From NCBI GenBank assembly GCA_002305475.1, contig DBRB01000019.1, positions 1-48,334 on the forward strand: DNA of 48,334 nt, written 5' to 3'. Source of the stretch: a candidate division WWE3 bacterium UBA1379 (GTDB lineage: Bacteria; Patescibacteriota; WWE3; UBA101185; UBA10185). Positions within the stretch are counted from its first letter, which is position 1, and each line of letters begins with the position of its first letter. Below are positions 1-9,311 of this stretch, piece after piece. The notes below the pieces were generated by a model. It was not told the origin of the DNA. It searched no databases and worked only from the letters and a program-made list of their open reading frames with translations. A program made the translations under genes and the position numbers.

Positions 1-96
1 CATGCTCAGCCAGAATGGGCACGCAAGTGACCTCGAAGCCTCTAATATCCTTTAAGGTCTTGGTAAACACTCTTAGAAATAGTCCAGATCCGAACC
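1..96. repeat. Copy 1 (truncated by window start) of an unidentified ~100-110 nt non-coding element
   Basis: Aligns ungapped to 1630-1725 (about 62/96 identical by hand count). Conserved blocks: CATGCnCAGCCA, GGGYACnnAAGTGACC, GAAGCCTC, AGATCCGAACC. Confidence 0.7.
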
Positions 97-140
97 GATA
101 TTATTTAACTTAAGACTGTGTCTATGAATAAATGGGAATA

Positions 141-959
141 TTAGTCAAATAAGATTTTGTTCTTTCCTTTTGCCGTAAAGCTTAGCCAATAATTCATCAA
201 TCTTGTCTCCAGTAGAGTTGCATTTACTAGTTGATTTTCGATATTTATTCTTGATTCCTCTAATAAAGAAAATACTTCTTTGTTATCTTTGGTAGTTAGT
301 ATTTTTTCGATAGTAATTATCACCTCATTATTGTTAGTTAGTTTTTTAGTATTTATAAATAGTTTTTTGTCGTGGATAGGGTATTTACTGTATATGAGTC
401 TTAAAGCAGTTAACAAATACCTTACAACTCGCGTTTTAACTACCTCTTCAAAATATATATTTCGAGTACTCCTTGTTAAAAGAGGCTGAAAATCTTTGTA
501 AATTGAATATGTGATTTCGTGAAACAGCCAGTTAATTTTTGCTTCTAAAATGTCCTTTGGATACCATTTGAAGTTCTGTATCAGTTTAGTAAATCTTCCT
601 GTTGGGTCTTGTAGTACTATACCGTTCTGATATTCTCCTAAAATATAGTCGTCATTCCAGTTTAGATACTGTTCCAGAACTTCGTACGTTCTGGCTAAAC
701 GAACTTCTATTTGGGAGTTATCTTCTTTTAGTTTTTCCTTGTACTCTTTTACCGGAGTATTATCTAAAGTTTCAGGGAGAATAAAATTTAGGTCGATATC
801 ACTTCTTTCGTCAAAGTCACCCAATGCTACTGAACCAACGATTATTAATGCAGCTTGTTCTTTCAACATTGGATAAGTCTTAAATAATGTTTCATCTATA
901 TAACTCAGAGTATTGTTTGCTATATCTTCTCTGGACAATTCAGCTAAATTCAAATGCAT
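141..959 (-). CDS. Pol-beta superfamily nucleotidyltransferase with helical C-terminal domain (KNTase/DUF4037-like)
   Basis: Motif IIVGSVALGDFDERSDIDL (GS...DxD). Start moved from 1004 to ATG 959 because TATAAT lies 6 nt upstream. Confidence 0.75.
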   Translation of the reverse strand: MHLNLAELSREDIANNTLSYIDETLFKTYPMLKEQAALIIVGSVALGDFDERSDIDLNFILPETLDNTPVKEYKEKLKEDNSQIEVRLARTYEVLEQYLNWNDDYILGEYQNGIVLQDPTGRFTKLIQNFKWYPKDILEAKINWLFHEITYSIYKDFQPLLTRSTRNIYFEEVVKTRVVRYLLTALRLIYSKYPIHDKKLFINTKKLTNNNEVIITIEKILTTKDNKEVFSLLEESRINIENQLVNATLLETRLMNYWLSFTAKGKNKILFD

Positions 960-1027
960 ATATTTATTATATACACTAAATAATGTAGGTTCTAATACTG
1001 ACATAATTAAAGTGATAAAATATCCGT

Positions 1028-1561
1028 GTGTATATAAACTATGCCTTTATAGATAGCCAAAATCTTCACAAAGGTACGCAGGAATCAGGATGGAAGCTTG
1101 ACTATTTAAAATTCCGGAATTACTTAAAGACCAAATACAATGTAGAAAAGGCTTACCTATTTATTGGCTATATTCCTACAAATGCGAAATTATATAAACA
1201 ACTTCAAGAATTTGGGTATACTCTAATTTTTAAACCAGTACTGGAGATTAAAAAATCAGGAAAGACGGAGTACAAGGGAAATGTCGATGCAGAGTTAGTC
1301 CTACATACTCTCATTAACATCGACAATTATGACAAAGCAATAATAGTTTCTGGAGATGGGGACTTCCACTGTTTAATAGAATATCTAGATGAAAAGAAAA
1401 AAATTGAAAAAATCATTACTCCAAATAATAACTATTCTTCATTAATAAGAAAGTACGCAAAATACATATTACCTTTAGGAACTATCAGAAATAAACTAGT
1501 TAAGGATATAAAAAAGAGGCATTCCCGCGGGAAGCAAGCTTACCCTTTGGTAGTCCTCTAA
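1028..1561 (+). CDS. NYN domain (LabA/DUF88, PIN-like) putative ribonuclease
   Basis: Motifs AFIDSQNL, KGNVDAEL, IIVSGDGDF; GTG start. Confidence 0.9.
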   Translation: MYINYAFIDSQNLHKGTQESGWKLDYLKFRNYLKTKYNVEKAYLFIGYIPTNAKLYKQLQEFGYTLIFKPVLEIKKSGKTEYKGNVDAELVLHTLINIDNYDKAIIVSGDGDFHCLIEYLDEKKKIEKIITPNNNYSSLIRKYAKYILPLGTIRNKLVKDIKKRHSRGKQAYPLVVL

Positions 1562-1568
1562 TCGTAAT
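1510..1568 (-). ncRNA. Candidate small antisense RNA overlapping the NYN 3' end
   Basis: Minus-strand TTGCTC-17nt-TATAAT promoter (1598-1603, 1575-1580), then a hairpin closed by AGAGG/CCTCT and followed by a T run. Confidence 0.4.
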
Positions 1569-1615
1569 GAAGCCATTATACTACATAAGTGAAGTTCGAG
1601 CAAATGTATAAGTAT

Positions 1616-1726
1616 AGGTTCTTGACCGACATGCGCAGCCATGTAGGGTACCTAAGTGACCATGAAGCCTCAAACAGCCTTACAATGCTTGTAATAACTT
1701 CCTTTGAAATACATAGATCCGAACCT
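1616..1726. repeat. Copy 2 of the unidentified non-coding element, closed by an AGGTTC/GAACCT inverted repeat
   Basis: Similar to 1-96. Internal hairpins ACATG..CATGT and TTACA..TGTAA; terminal 6-bp inverted repeat. Confidence 0.7.
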
Positions 1727-1832
1727 TGTTTTATGCTCTAAATCCTTGAAAATATAAAACACAGATCATCTATCTGTTATAGATATAAAATATTATTATA
1801 GACTACCTATCCTATAGGAAACTTTTAACCCC

Positions 1833-3464
1833 TTAATAGCTCTCATGTTTCTGATTTAATCTCTTAAAGATCTTCCAGTAATCAAAACCTCCGATTTTTA
1901 CCGTATCTATCAGGACATATTTATTAACACAGATATCGATCGGATCCCTTTCCAAAGCATAAACTACTACATAATCTGTGGCACAATTCGGATAACGGGA
2001 ATACCTTCCTCCTACAGAAATAGCTTTGATCGATTTTGGACCAGATATAGTGTAATAGCCGTCATAATCGTTTTCCTGCATATCAGCTTTAACCTTCTGC
2101 ATAGCTTCAACCACCCCGATTCCAAAAGGAGAATCATCCAGTGCTCGTAACCTCAATTCCACACCACCAAGTACAGGATTGGAATATGCCATGTAATATG
2201 GATGATTTATAAAAAGTTCATAGCCAGTAAGCAGGACATAAAGAAATATCAGACTGACTGCTATATATCTATTTAGTCTGGATAATAACCAGGAAATCAA
2301 AGATAAAAGAAAGGGAAATACTAGAATTTCATACCGGTCGGACTTTTTTACCGCAAGTGTTAAACCAATAAGCACCGCTCCCGACAAACCTAAAGACCAA
2401 AAGGAAATCCAGGATGCGGCAGAGAATTCATAATTAAAGAGAATTTTTCTGTTCTTGACCGCATTAAAAAGTATAGAAAAGAAACCTCTCAACATAACAT
2501 AAATAAAAGAGGCTACGGATATAATTAACAATATTGATCCAGCCGGAGATAATCTCATAAACAAAGACGAAATATAGAAATTTTTCTCTCTATCTTTTAA
2601 CGTCTCATCTAGAGTAATGTTGTAATCCATTCCCGAATCCCCTATCTCTTTTTTTCCTTCCAATCCTATTTCCGATACTCCGTAGACAATTCTTTCATAA
2701 TATTTCGGAAAATTTTTCACCGGATTTTTCCATAGCGGAGGAAAAAACACATATGTAAAAAAGACCAACGATATTGAAAAAAGAATAATTGCTGCTAATT
2801 TTTTATAAAAAACAGGATTCCCTAGTAATAATATAAAGGGATATGCTGCCAGAAAAACAACTGCTGAAGATTTCGTCAGTAGTGCTAAGGCAAAAAACAT
2901 CCCTGATACAGGAAGCAGATACCATTTTTCTGACTTATAACTGAAATATACAACCAGTATAAAACTTAAAAAGACCAGAATTGTCATTAAGTAATCCAAA
3001 TGGTAAAGCCTCCTGTTTCCCAGTACAAAAGGTTCCAAAGTAAAAAGCAGGGAAAAGAAAAGGGCATATGAGAAACCTGACATCTTCCATAAAATCAAAA
3101 ATGTGAATATAAATACAAGTCCAGAAAAGATAACCAGGGAAAGTTTGGCATAAAAATGTCTTTGAAAAAAATCCACTTTCTGCTCCTCAGAAGAAAGGTT
3201 TAAATCCGCTGTATTGTTGTACAGACTGTTCAGCACAGGTCCTGATATCCACATCAAAGTAATACCAGGATGGTATACTTGATATGCCTTGTAGTATTCT
3301 TTCTGATTTATCGCTTCGACAAACTTTGCCGTCCTGTTGTGCCAATTTATACCGTCTGGATTTATTACATCCCGATCTAAATCGGTTACGGATACAAAGA
3401 GGTATAACACAATAATTAATATTAATAGTATTGCCCTTATTATTTTTATTGCTATTTCTTTCAT
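1833..3464 (-). CDS. GT-C fold membrane glycosyltransferase (ArnT/PMT-like)
   Basis: Multi-TM protein with N-terminal loop NPD, HPG motif, LYHLD and ALLTKS, typical of polyprenyl-phosphate-sugar transferases. Confidence 0.75.
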   Translation of the reverse strand: MKEIAIKIIRAILLILIIVLYLFVSVTDLDRDVINPDGINWHNRTAKFVEAINQKEYYKAYQVYHPGITLMWISGPVLNSLYNNTADLNLSSEEQKVDFFQRHFYAKLSLVIFSGLVFIFTFLILWKMSGFSYALFFSLLFTLEPFVLGNRRLYHLDYLMTILVFLSFILVVYFSYKSEKWYLLPVSGMFFALALLTKSSAVVFLAAYPFILLLGNPVFYKKLAAIILFSISLVFFTYVFFPPLWKNPVKNFPKYYERIVYGVSEIGLEGKKEIGDSGMDYNITLDETLKDREKNFYISSLFMRLSPAGSILLIISVASFIYVMLRGFFSILFNAVKNRKILFNYEFSAASWISFWSLGLSGAVLIGLTLAVKKSDRYEILVFPFLLSLISWLLSRLNRYIAVSLIFLYVLLTGYELFINHPYYMAYSNPVLGGVELRLRALDDSPFGIGVVEAMQKVKADMQENDYDGYYTISGPKSIKAISVGGRYSRYPNCATDYVVVYALERDPIDICVNKYVLIDTVKIGGFDYWKIFKRLNQKHESY

Positions 3465-3658
3465 AACATTTTTAATTCTAACAAAAGTCTTTTTTACTTG
3501 TAACTGACTGATAATTTTATGGGTTAAATTTGTCTAAATATACTTACAATAAGTAATTTCGCACGAATGGTATTATTATATGATAATCAATAAACTATAG
3601 ACAAATATCTATTGACACATTGCTACTTTCTAATCATTAGTATATAGTCAACAAAGGC

Positions 3659-5131
3659 ATGCTTACAAAACAACAAGTAATTGTATTATTAAGAAAATAC
3701 TCGCCCCTGTTGGTGATAATTATCTTCACACTTGTCGCCCGTTATACCAGTTATCTTTTCTTCCATGCCACAGTAGAATCGCTGACTATCCTTATCACAT
3801 TCAGTATTTTCCTGTTTGCCTGGCATACAAAAAGGTTCAGTAACAACAGTTATTTTCTTTTCATCACCATATCCTTTTTGGCTGTGGGGTTTTTAAAATT
3901 TATACATACACTTACGTATAAAGGAATGGGGATATTTCCTGATGTGTCAGCCAACATCCCCACACAATTATGGATTGCAGAAAGATACATATTATCAATC
4001 TCTTTTTTAATCTCCCCCTTTTATATCAACAGGAGACTAAACTATTATCGATTACTACCGTTTTACGGAATTATCGTGACCTTAATCCTCTTAAGTATTT
4101 TCCACTGGAGAAATTTTCCCGCCAGTTATATCGAAGGGATGGGTTTAACTTCATTTAAAGTTTTCAGCGAATATATTATCTCCATTCTCTTTTTTATCTC
4201 AGCGTTTTTACTTACCAGATATAAAAATCATTTTGATAAAGAAGTTTATCACCTTCTAATTCTTTCATTAATGCTGAATATCCTGTCTGAACTGATCTTT
4301 ACTCTCTATTTCGGAGTCTATGATCACTCAAATCTGATCGGTCATCTGGTAGTTTTATCCGCTTATTACTTAATATACAGAGCAACGCTGGAAATAGGCC
4401 TTTCCCGTCCGTATATCAGCATGTTTCGGGAACTGAAAAAAGCAGAGGAAAGAAAAGATGACTTTTTAAGATTTGCCAGCCATGAACTGAAAACCCCCCT
4501 TACCAGCATCAAATTATATACCCAGATTCTTGAAAAACACGCCATAAATAACGGATACAACACGGAGATTATTAAAAACATCAGCTCAGTGGTAGATAAA
4601 GCTACGATTTTAGTCAATGAATTTCTAAACCTGAGCAAAATTGAATCCGATCAGTTTAAACTGAGCATTGAAGAGTTTGATATTAAAGAACTGATAAAAG
4701 AATCCATAACAAACATCATGAATCTCTCAAATAAACACACTTTTATCCTTGATTGCGTGGATAAAATCCTTGTCCAAGCGGATAAACAATATATTGAACA
4801 GGTAATAGTAAACTTGTTGTCAAACGCTATCAAATATTCGCCTGAAGGGGGAAACATCACAATCAATGTCAGATCAGACAGTTATATGCTGGAAGTATCC
4901 GTCAGAGATTGCGGAGTAGGGATACCAAAGGATAAACTGAATAAGGTATTCGATAAATATTTCCGGGTTGATGATGCAAAAGACAAAGCAAACGGTACAG
5001 GTCTTGGCCTTTACATATCAAAAGAAATTATTCATAAACACGGAGGAAAGATCCGGGTTGAGAGCAGAGAGGGTGAAGGTTCTTCTTTCATATTTACTCT
5101 GCCGATTTATTCGTTTTCTTCCGGTTCATAA
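3659..5131 (+). CDS. Sensor histidine kinase with N-terminal MASE3 membrane domain
   Basis: MASE3-type HTLTYKGMG..NIPTQLWIAERY; H-box SHELKTPLT, N-box NLLSNAIKY, G-boxes DCGVGI and GTGLGL. Confidence 0.92.
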   Translation: MLTKQQVIVLLRKYSPLLVIIIFTLVARYTSYLFFHATVESLTILITFSIFLFAWHTKRFSNNSYFLFITISFLAVGFLKFIHTLTYKGMGIFPDVSANIPTQLWIAERYILSISFLISPFYINRRLNYYRLLPFYGIIVTLILLSIFHWRNFPASYIEGMGLTSFKVFSEYIISILFFISAFLLTRYKNHFDKEVYHLLILSLMLNILSELIFTLYFGVYDHSNLIGHLVVLSAYYLIYRATLEIGLSRPYISMFRELKKAEERKDDFLRFASHELKTPLTSIKLYTQILEKHAINNGYNTEIIKNISSVVDKATILVNEFLNLSKIESDQFKLSIEEFDIKELIKESITNIMNLSNKHTFILDCVDKILVQADKQYIEQVIVNLLSNAIKYSPEGGNITINVRSDSYMLEVSVRDCGVGIPKDKLNKVFDKYFRVDDAKDKANGTGLGLYISKEIIHKHGGKIRVESREGEGSSFIFTLPIYSFSSGS

Positions 5132-5142
5132 AAACTGCTCAT

Positions 5143-6066
5143 ATGATAAACAGATTACGTCAATTAATATTTATTTTAATACTGGGTATTGTCTTAGTTA
5201 TCATTTTAACTCCACAATACAAACAGTATTTTTATGAATTTGTCCATAAACTGCTTTGGTATTCTCACTGTGACAGAACTATCACTTACTCTATCACTTA
5301 TGTCGATCCGAAATTTAACATATCTGAACAAAAAGTTCAGGATAACATCAGACAGGCAGCGAATATGTGGAATGAAACCTTGAAGAAACAGGTATTTGTC
5401 GAATCATCAAAGGGAGACATTGAAATAAAATTGGTTTACGATGAACGCCAAAGGTTACTGACTGAAATCTCCACAGATGAAACGGATGTAGAATCTGAAA
5501 AAAGGTCAATCCAGAATTATCTTTCCACCTATGAAAAACAGTTAAGTGATCTTAGAGAAAAGATAGAAGATTTAAATGATCGGATCGGATACTGGAACAG
5601 CAGAGGAGGTGCACCTGAGGATGAATATGAAAAACTGAAAGAGGAACAGGAAAGATTGTCAGGTGAAATCGATAGAGTAAACCGGGAGCGGGATCACCTG
5701 CTGCCCAGAATAAATGATTTAAATCAGAAAATATCCGAATTCAACGATACAGTAGGAACATTTAATAATCTATTGGGTGAAAAACCTGAAGAAGGCCTAT
5801 TTATCGGTTCTGAAAACAGGATAGAAATATATTTTTATGACACAGAAAAAAAATTCATTCATACAGCAGCCCATGAATTCGGTCACTCTTTAGGAATGCT
5901 TCATACGGGCAATCCTAAATCCATTATGCATCCGGTTACTTCCGATGTCACATCTTTTTCCAAGGAAGATCTAGATTTAATCACATCTCATTGTGAAGAG
6001 AAAAACCGACTGGAAACATTATTTGCGATGCTGCTAAATTCGAAGCGGATTTTTGCCAGCGAATAA
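5143..6066 (+). CDS. Membrane-anchored matrixin (M10-like) zinc metalloprotease with coiled-coil insert
   Basis: HEFGHSLGMLH zinc motif plus SIMHP Met-turn; N-terminal TM; long central heptad region. Confidence 0.85.
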   Translation: MINRLRQLIFILILGIVLVIILTPQYKQYFYEFVHKLLWYSHCDRTITYSITYVDPKFNISEQKVQDNIRQAANMWNETLKKQVFVESSKGDIEIKLVYDERQRLLTEISTDETDVESEKRSIQNYLSTYEKQLSDLREKIEDLNDRIGYWNSRGGAPEDEYEKLKEEQERLSGEIDRVNRERDHLLPRINDLNQKISEFNDTVGTFNNLLGEKPEEGLFIGSENRIEIYFYDTEKKFIHTAAHEFGHSLGMLHTGNPKSIMHPVTSDVTSFSKEDLDLITSHCEEKNRLETLFAMLLNSKRIFASE

Positions 6067-6128
6067 ACTTGCAAACCCGGCTAAAATCATTATCATAGAT
6101 ATTAAGGCAGTTGAGACCAGTGCAATTT

Positions 6129-6440
6129 ATGGAACATAAAAAAGAAGAAACAAACTTAATGATGTACCTCTTAATTTTGATGATGCTGGTTGTGGTAGCA
6201 ACTGTCGGATATATCTACGTTCAATACACTCAGGATCTTAATAGTTATGAATGGCAGATAAAAAACGATACCCCGAATAACACTCTTCCTGCCACAAATG
6301 ATACAGACAATATAAACGACGGGAACCATGGATCGGAAAGCACATCTTCCCTTATTATTGAAGAGGAAGTCATACCTGAGGAGGAAGTTATTGAAACAGA
6401 ACCCCTTATTGATGATTCTCCAGACTCAACTGAACAATAA
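6129..6440 (+). CDS. Small single-TM protein with acidic tail
   Basis: ORF (ATG 6129 preferred to TTG 6111); hydrophobic helix, then an N/D/E-rich tail. Confidence 0.65.
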   Translation: MEHKKEETNLMMYLLILMMLVVVATVGYIYVQYTQDLNSYEWQIKNDTPNNTLPATNDTDNINDGNHGSESTSSLIIEEEVIPEEEVIETEPLIDDSPDSTEQ

Positions 6441-6487
6441 ACCCTTATCAGTATCTCAATTTAAATTAATTTGGAAAAAATCTAATT

Positions 6488-6565
6488 TTAACTGATTCTC
6501 TTGCTTTTTTTGCTTATTCTTCTTTTATCTTTATTCTTCTGAGCATCTTTTTTCTTTTTATTCAT
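6488..6565 (-). CDS. Candidate 25-aa highly basic peptide (MNKKKKDAQKNKDKRRISKKSKRIS)
   Basis: Own translation; below the ORF-track cutoff; fills an otherwise empty intergenic gap. Confidence 0.3.
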   Translation of the reverse strand: MNKKKKDAQKNKDKRRISKKSKRIS

Positions 6566-6620
6566 GCAGGGATTGTCTCATATAACACCGATTGTTAGCA
6601 ATATGTTAATATACATCTGT

Positions 6621-8054
6621 ATGAAAGCAAAAATTGTTAATTTTGTTAAAAAGTACTCAGATATAATAATAATTTCTCTTTTAGGGACTGTCCTTCGGGC
6701 AAGAGTCATTCTCAAAGATGACCTATGGTATGACGAAGCGTTTACGGGTAATCTTATGCGGGTGGATAGTGCTGAGTTTTGGAGAATTATATCGGCAGAT
6801 CCGCATCCCCCTTTATATAACCTGTTTTTAAAAGGTCTTACTTCACTAATTGGAGTTAATGATTTCACACTGCGCCTTCCTGCTTTTGTTTTCGGAATTT
6901 CCACTATCATCATTGTCTACTTCCTAGTTAAAGACCTGTTTAACAAGGAATCAGCTGCTGTAGCTGCCTTTTTTACCGCTATTAGCCCGTTTTTAATCGG
7001 ATACTCAGTTGAAGCCAGATCCTACGCTTTTTACGGATTTCTGACCGTTTTGGCAGCACTTCTGATTTCTAAAAAGAAATTCTGGTTCTTCCCGATTGTT
7101 ATTGCTCTGATGATGTTTACCCACTATATGGCTGTAGTATATATACCGATACTAACAGTATTCTATCTATATAACGCCAGAAAAGAAGGATTTGGTACGT
7201 TGAAAGCGTTAGCCCTTGTGATCCCGGTTGCTGCATTTGCTGTCTGGCTGTATCTTCCGGTAATAAACAGCCCTACCAATAACAATTTAAATATCGACTG
7301 GGTAAAAAAGGCGGATTTCACTAATATCCAAAGAAGCATCACAGCTTATTCTTTCGGAGTTAAATCCAAATTGGCAGGCAGGGATGAACTCACTGATACC
7401 AACTTCATACTGGATACTATCTTTTTAGGTTCAATAGTATTTGTAGGATTCTTGCTTGGAATTGCGGGGATTATCTATCAGCAAAGAAATAATATAAAGA
7501 ATCTAATCAACTTTATGTTTATTATCATGTCGATCTTTCTGCCGATGATAATCCTGATCACTTACGTACAGTTGACGGATAATTCAATTTATGTAGAAAG
7601 ATATCTTCTTCCGTCTTCCATCTTTTTTACTATAGCTTTGTCCTATATATTAAATTCCCTCCTAAATTTTGAAGTAATGGGAATGCTGGTACTCTTTTAT
7701 GTTTTTACTCTGACAAGGGCAACACCTGCAGGATACTATACCGGAATGAAACTGTTAAGCGAGGATTTCAGGGAAACACAAAATGAAATTGTATTTACTT
7801 CTCCTGTGGATTTCATTGTTGGAAAATATTACCTTAATAATGGTATGGTCAGACTTTATATACCTAATGATCCCCAATCATCATATGCACATTGGCCTTT
7901 TATCGGAGATGCCAATCCGCAGGACATAGATACAGCAATATTTATCAGCCCTGATGAATCAAGAATGACTTCGGAGTTTGTTAGACCTCTGGAAAATCTC
8001 AGATATGGTACTTATGAAGTGTGGATTACAAATAATTCCGAAACCGGTATTTAA
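6621..8054 (+). CDS. GT-C membrane glycosyltransferase (GT39/PMT-like)
   Basis: LWYDE, DPHPPLY, RLP and EARSYA motifs; many TM helices; start MKAKIV preferred. Confidence 0.85.
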   Translation: MKAKIVNFVKKYSDIIIISLLGTVLRARVILKDDLWYDEAFTGNLMRVDSAEFWRIISADPHPPLYNLFLKGLTSLIGVNDFTLRLPAFVFGISTIIIVYFLVKDLFNKESAAVAAFFTAISPFLIGYSVEARSYAFYGFLTVLAALLISKKKFWFFPIVIALMMFTHYMAVVYIPILTVFYLYNARKEGFGTLKALALVIPVAAFAVWLYLPVINSPTNNNLNIDWVKKADFTNIQRSITAYSFGVKSKLAGRDELTDTNFILDTIFLGSIVFVGFLLGIAGIIYQQRNNIKNLINFMFIIMSIFLPMIILITYVQLTDNSIYVERYLLPSSIFFTIALSYILNSLLNFEVMGMLVLFYVFTLTRATPAGYYTGMKLLSEDFRETQNEIVFTSPVDFIVGKYYLNNGMVRLYIPNDPQSSYAHWPFIGDANPQDIDTAIFISPDESRMTSEFVRPLENLRYGTYEVWITNNSETGI

Positions 8055-8060
8055 TTCGTA

Positions 8061-8429
8061 TCAGGAAACCAGTCGAACGGAAAACTTCATTCTTCTCACA
8101 TTACCCTCTGAGTCTTCAAATTCCAATGTACCTTTTTCTCTGTAGTAGTCCATTAATTCCTGAGCCAATGCTTCCTTATGATCCTTAAGCTCAGTTCTTT
8201 TCTCTTTCATCTGATCGGATATCGACTTATATGAAGGATTTGATTCTATTTTTTCCTGTTTTTCTTTGATCTGGCTGACCTGTTTTTTCACTTCCTCATG
8301 TTCAACTTGAGCTTTTTGATACTGGGGGTCGCTTTCCAGTGTTTCCTCATAATGGGTTTTGAGTTTATTAAGCTCCTGTTGAAGCTCCTCAATTATTTCC
8401 AGTCTTTTTAAAATCATGTCCTGAATCAT
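8061..8429 (-). CDS. Coiled-coil hypothetical protein
   Basis: 122-aa ORF, GGAGG SD upstream, heptad-rich. Confidence 0.75.
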   Translation of the reverse strand: MIQDMILKRLEIIEELQQELNKLKTHYEETLESDPQYQKAQVEHEEVKKQVSQIKEKQEKIESNPSYKSISDQMKEKRTELKDHKEALAQELMDYYREKGTLEFEDSEGNVRRMKFSVRLVS

Positions 8430-8476
8430 ATTTATCCTCCGTAAAAATTTACTGAACCATATACCGGTTCATCCGA

Positions 8477-9286
8477 TTAGTCTACCACTTTAAATGTTGA
8501 CTTGAAAATATTTCTGTCGAAATTTTCTCCGAATAATTGTTCCAGGGTCATGCAGTCTGCCTTTTTATACTTTCCATTTTCCGTTCTCACCAATGTATAT
8601 ACAAATGCTGGTAAACCTAGTTTTCGAGCAATATCTGTAGACAGTGATCTTACATACATACCCCGAGATATCTTCACTCTGATTTTTACTACAGGGAAAC
8701 TTCCTACCTTTGAATAATCAAACTGCTTCCATTGTTCAATGATTTTATCCTGTCTGAAATATCCGACAATACTTTCCAGTCTTCTGATAATATCTGTTAC
8801 TGCATCTTTAGCTGAAATAGTCCGAGTCTCTAATAGCTCAATCTCAAATATCACTCCTTTTTTTACAGGAAGATCCAATATTTCCTGACCCAAATGCGGA
8901 TATTCAAACAATCTTTTACCTTTATGAAGAATAGCGGAAAATACCGGTACCCGTTGTATATATACACCTTTAAAATTTTTTAGAATTTCTCTCAGACGAT
9001 CTATATCTAATGCTGATACACTAGATACTTCCTGAATCATGCCCATCGCATCAAACGAATCTGTGGATAACCCAAATGCCATTTCAAACTCATACGTTTT
9101 CAACCATCCTGCAAAATCATACTTATTAAACCTTTCCTCTCCGGTCAGGACAATCACCACACCCTCAGCCATGGGATCTAGAGTTCCGGTATGTGTTGCT
9201 TTTAAGCCATATGATTCACCGGTTTTTTTGGATATTTTATGGGTTGAAAAACCAACCGGCTGCCAAATTGGAATGACAGAAGACAT
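8477..9286 (-). CDS. truB: tRNA pseudouridine(55) synthase TruB-like
   Basis: HTGTLDPMAEG with catalytic Asp, QRVPVFSA, SRGMYVRSL, LVRTENG; short form with no recognisable PUA domain. Confidence 0.85.
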   Translation of the reverse strand: MSSVIPIWQPVGFSTHKISKKTGESYGLKATHTGTLDPMAEGVVIVLTGEERFNKYDFAGWLKTYEFEMAFGLSTDSFDAMGMIQEVSSVSALDIDRLREILKNFKGVYIQRVPVFSAILHKGKRLFEYPHLGQEILDLPVKKGVIFEIELLETRTISAKDAVTDIIRRLESIVGYFRQDKIIEQWKQFDYSKVGSFPVVKIRVKISRGMYVRSLSTDIARKLGLPAFVYTLVRTENGKYKKADCMTLEQLFGENFDRNIFKSTFKVVD

Positions 9287-9311
9287 TACTGTATAATACT
9301 ATAAGTCTTTT

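Noticed and set aside
1-96. Group I intron fragment (GAAATAGTCC resembles the S element) or integron attC site
   Set aside because: Copy 2 lacks the S-like motif and no R element is present. The terminal inverted repeat has the opposite arrangement to RYYYAAC..GTTRRRY, and no integrase is visible.
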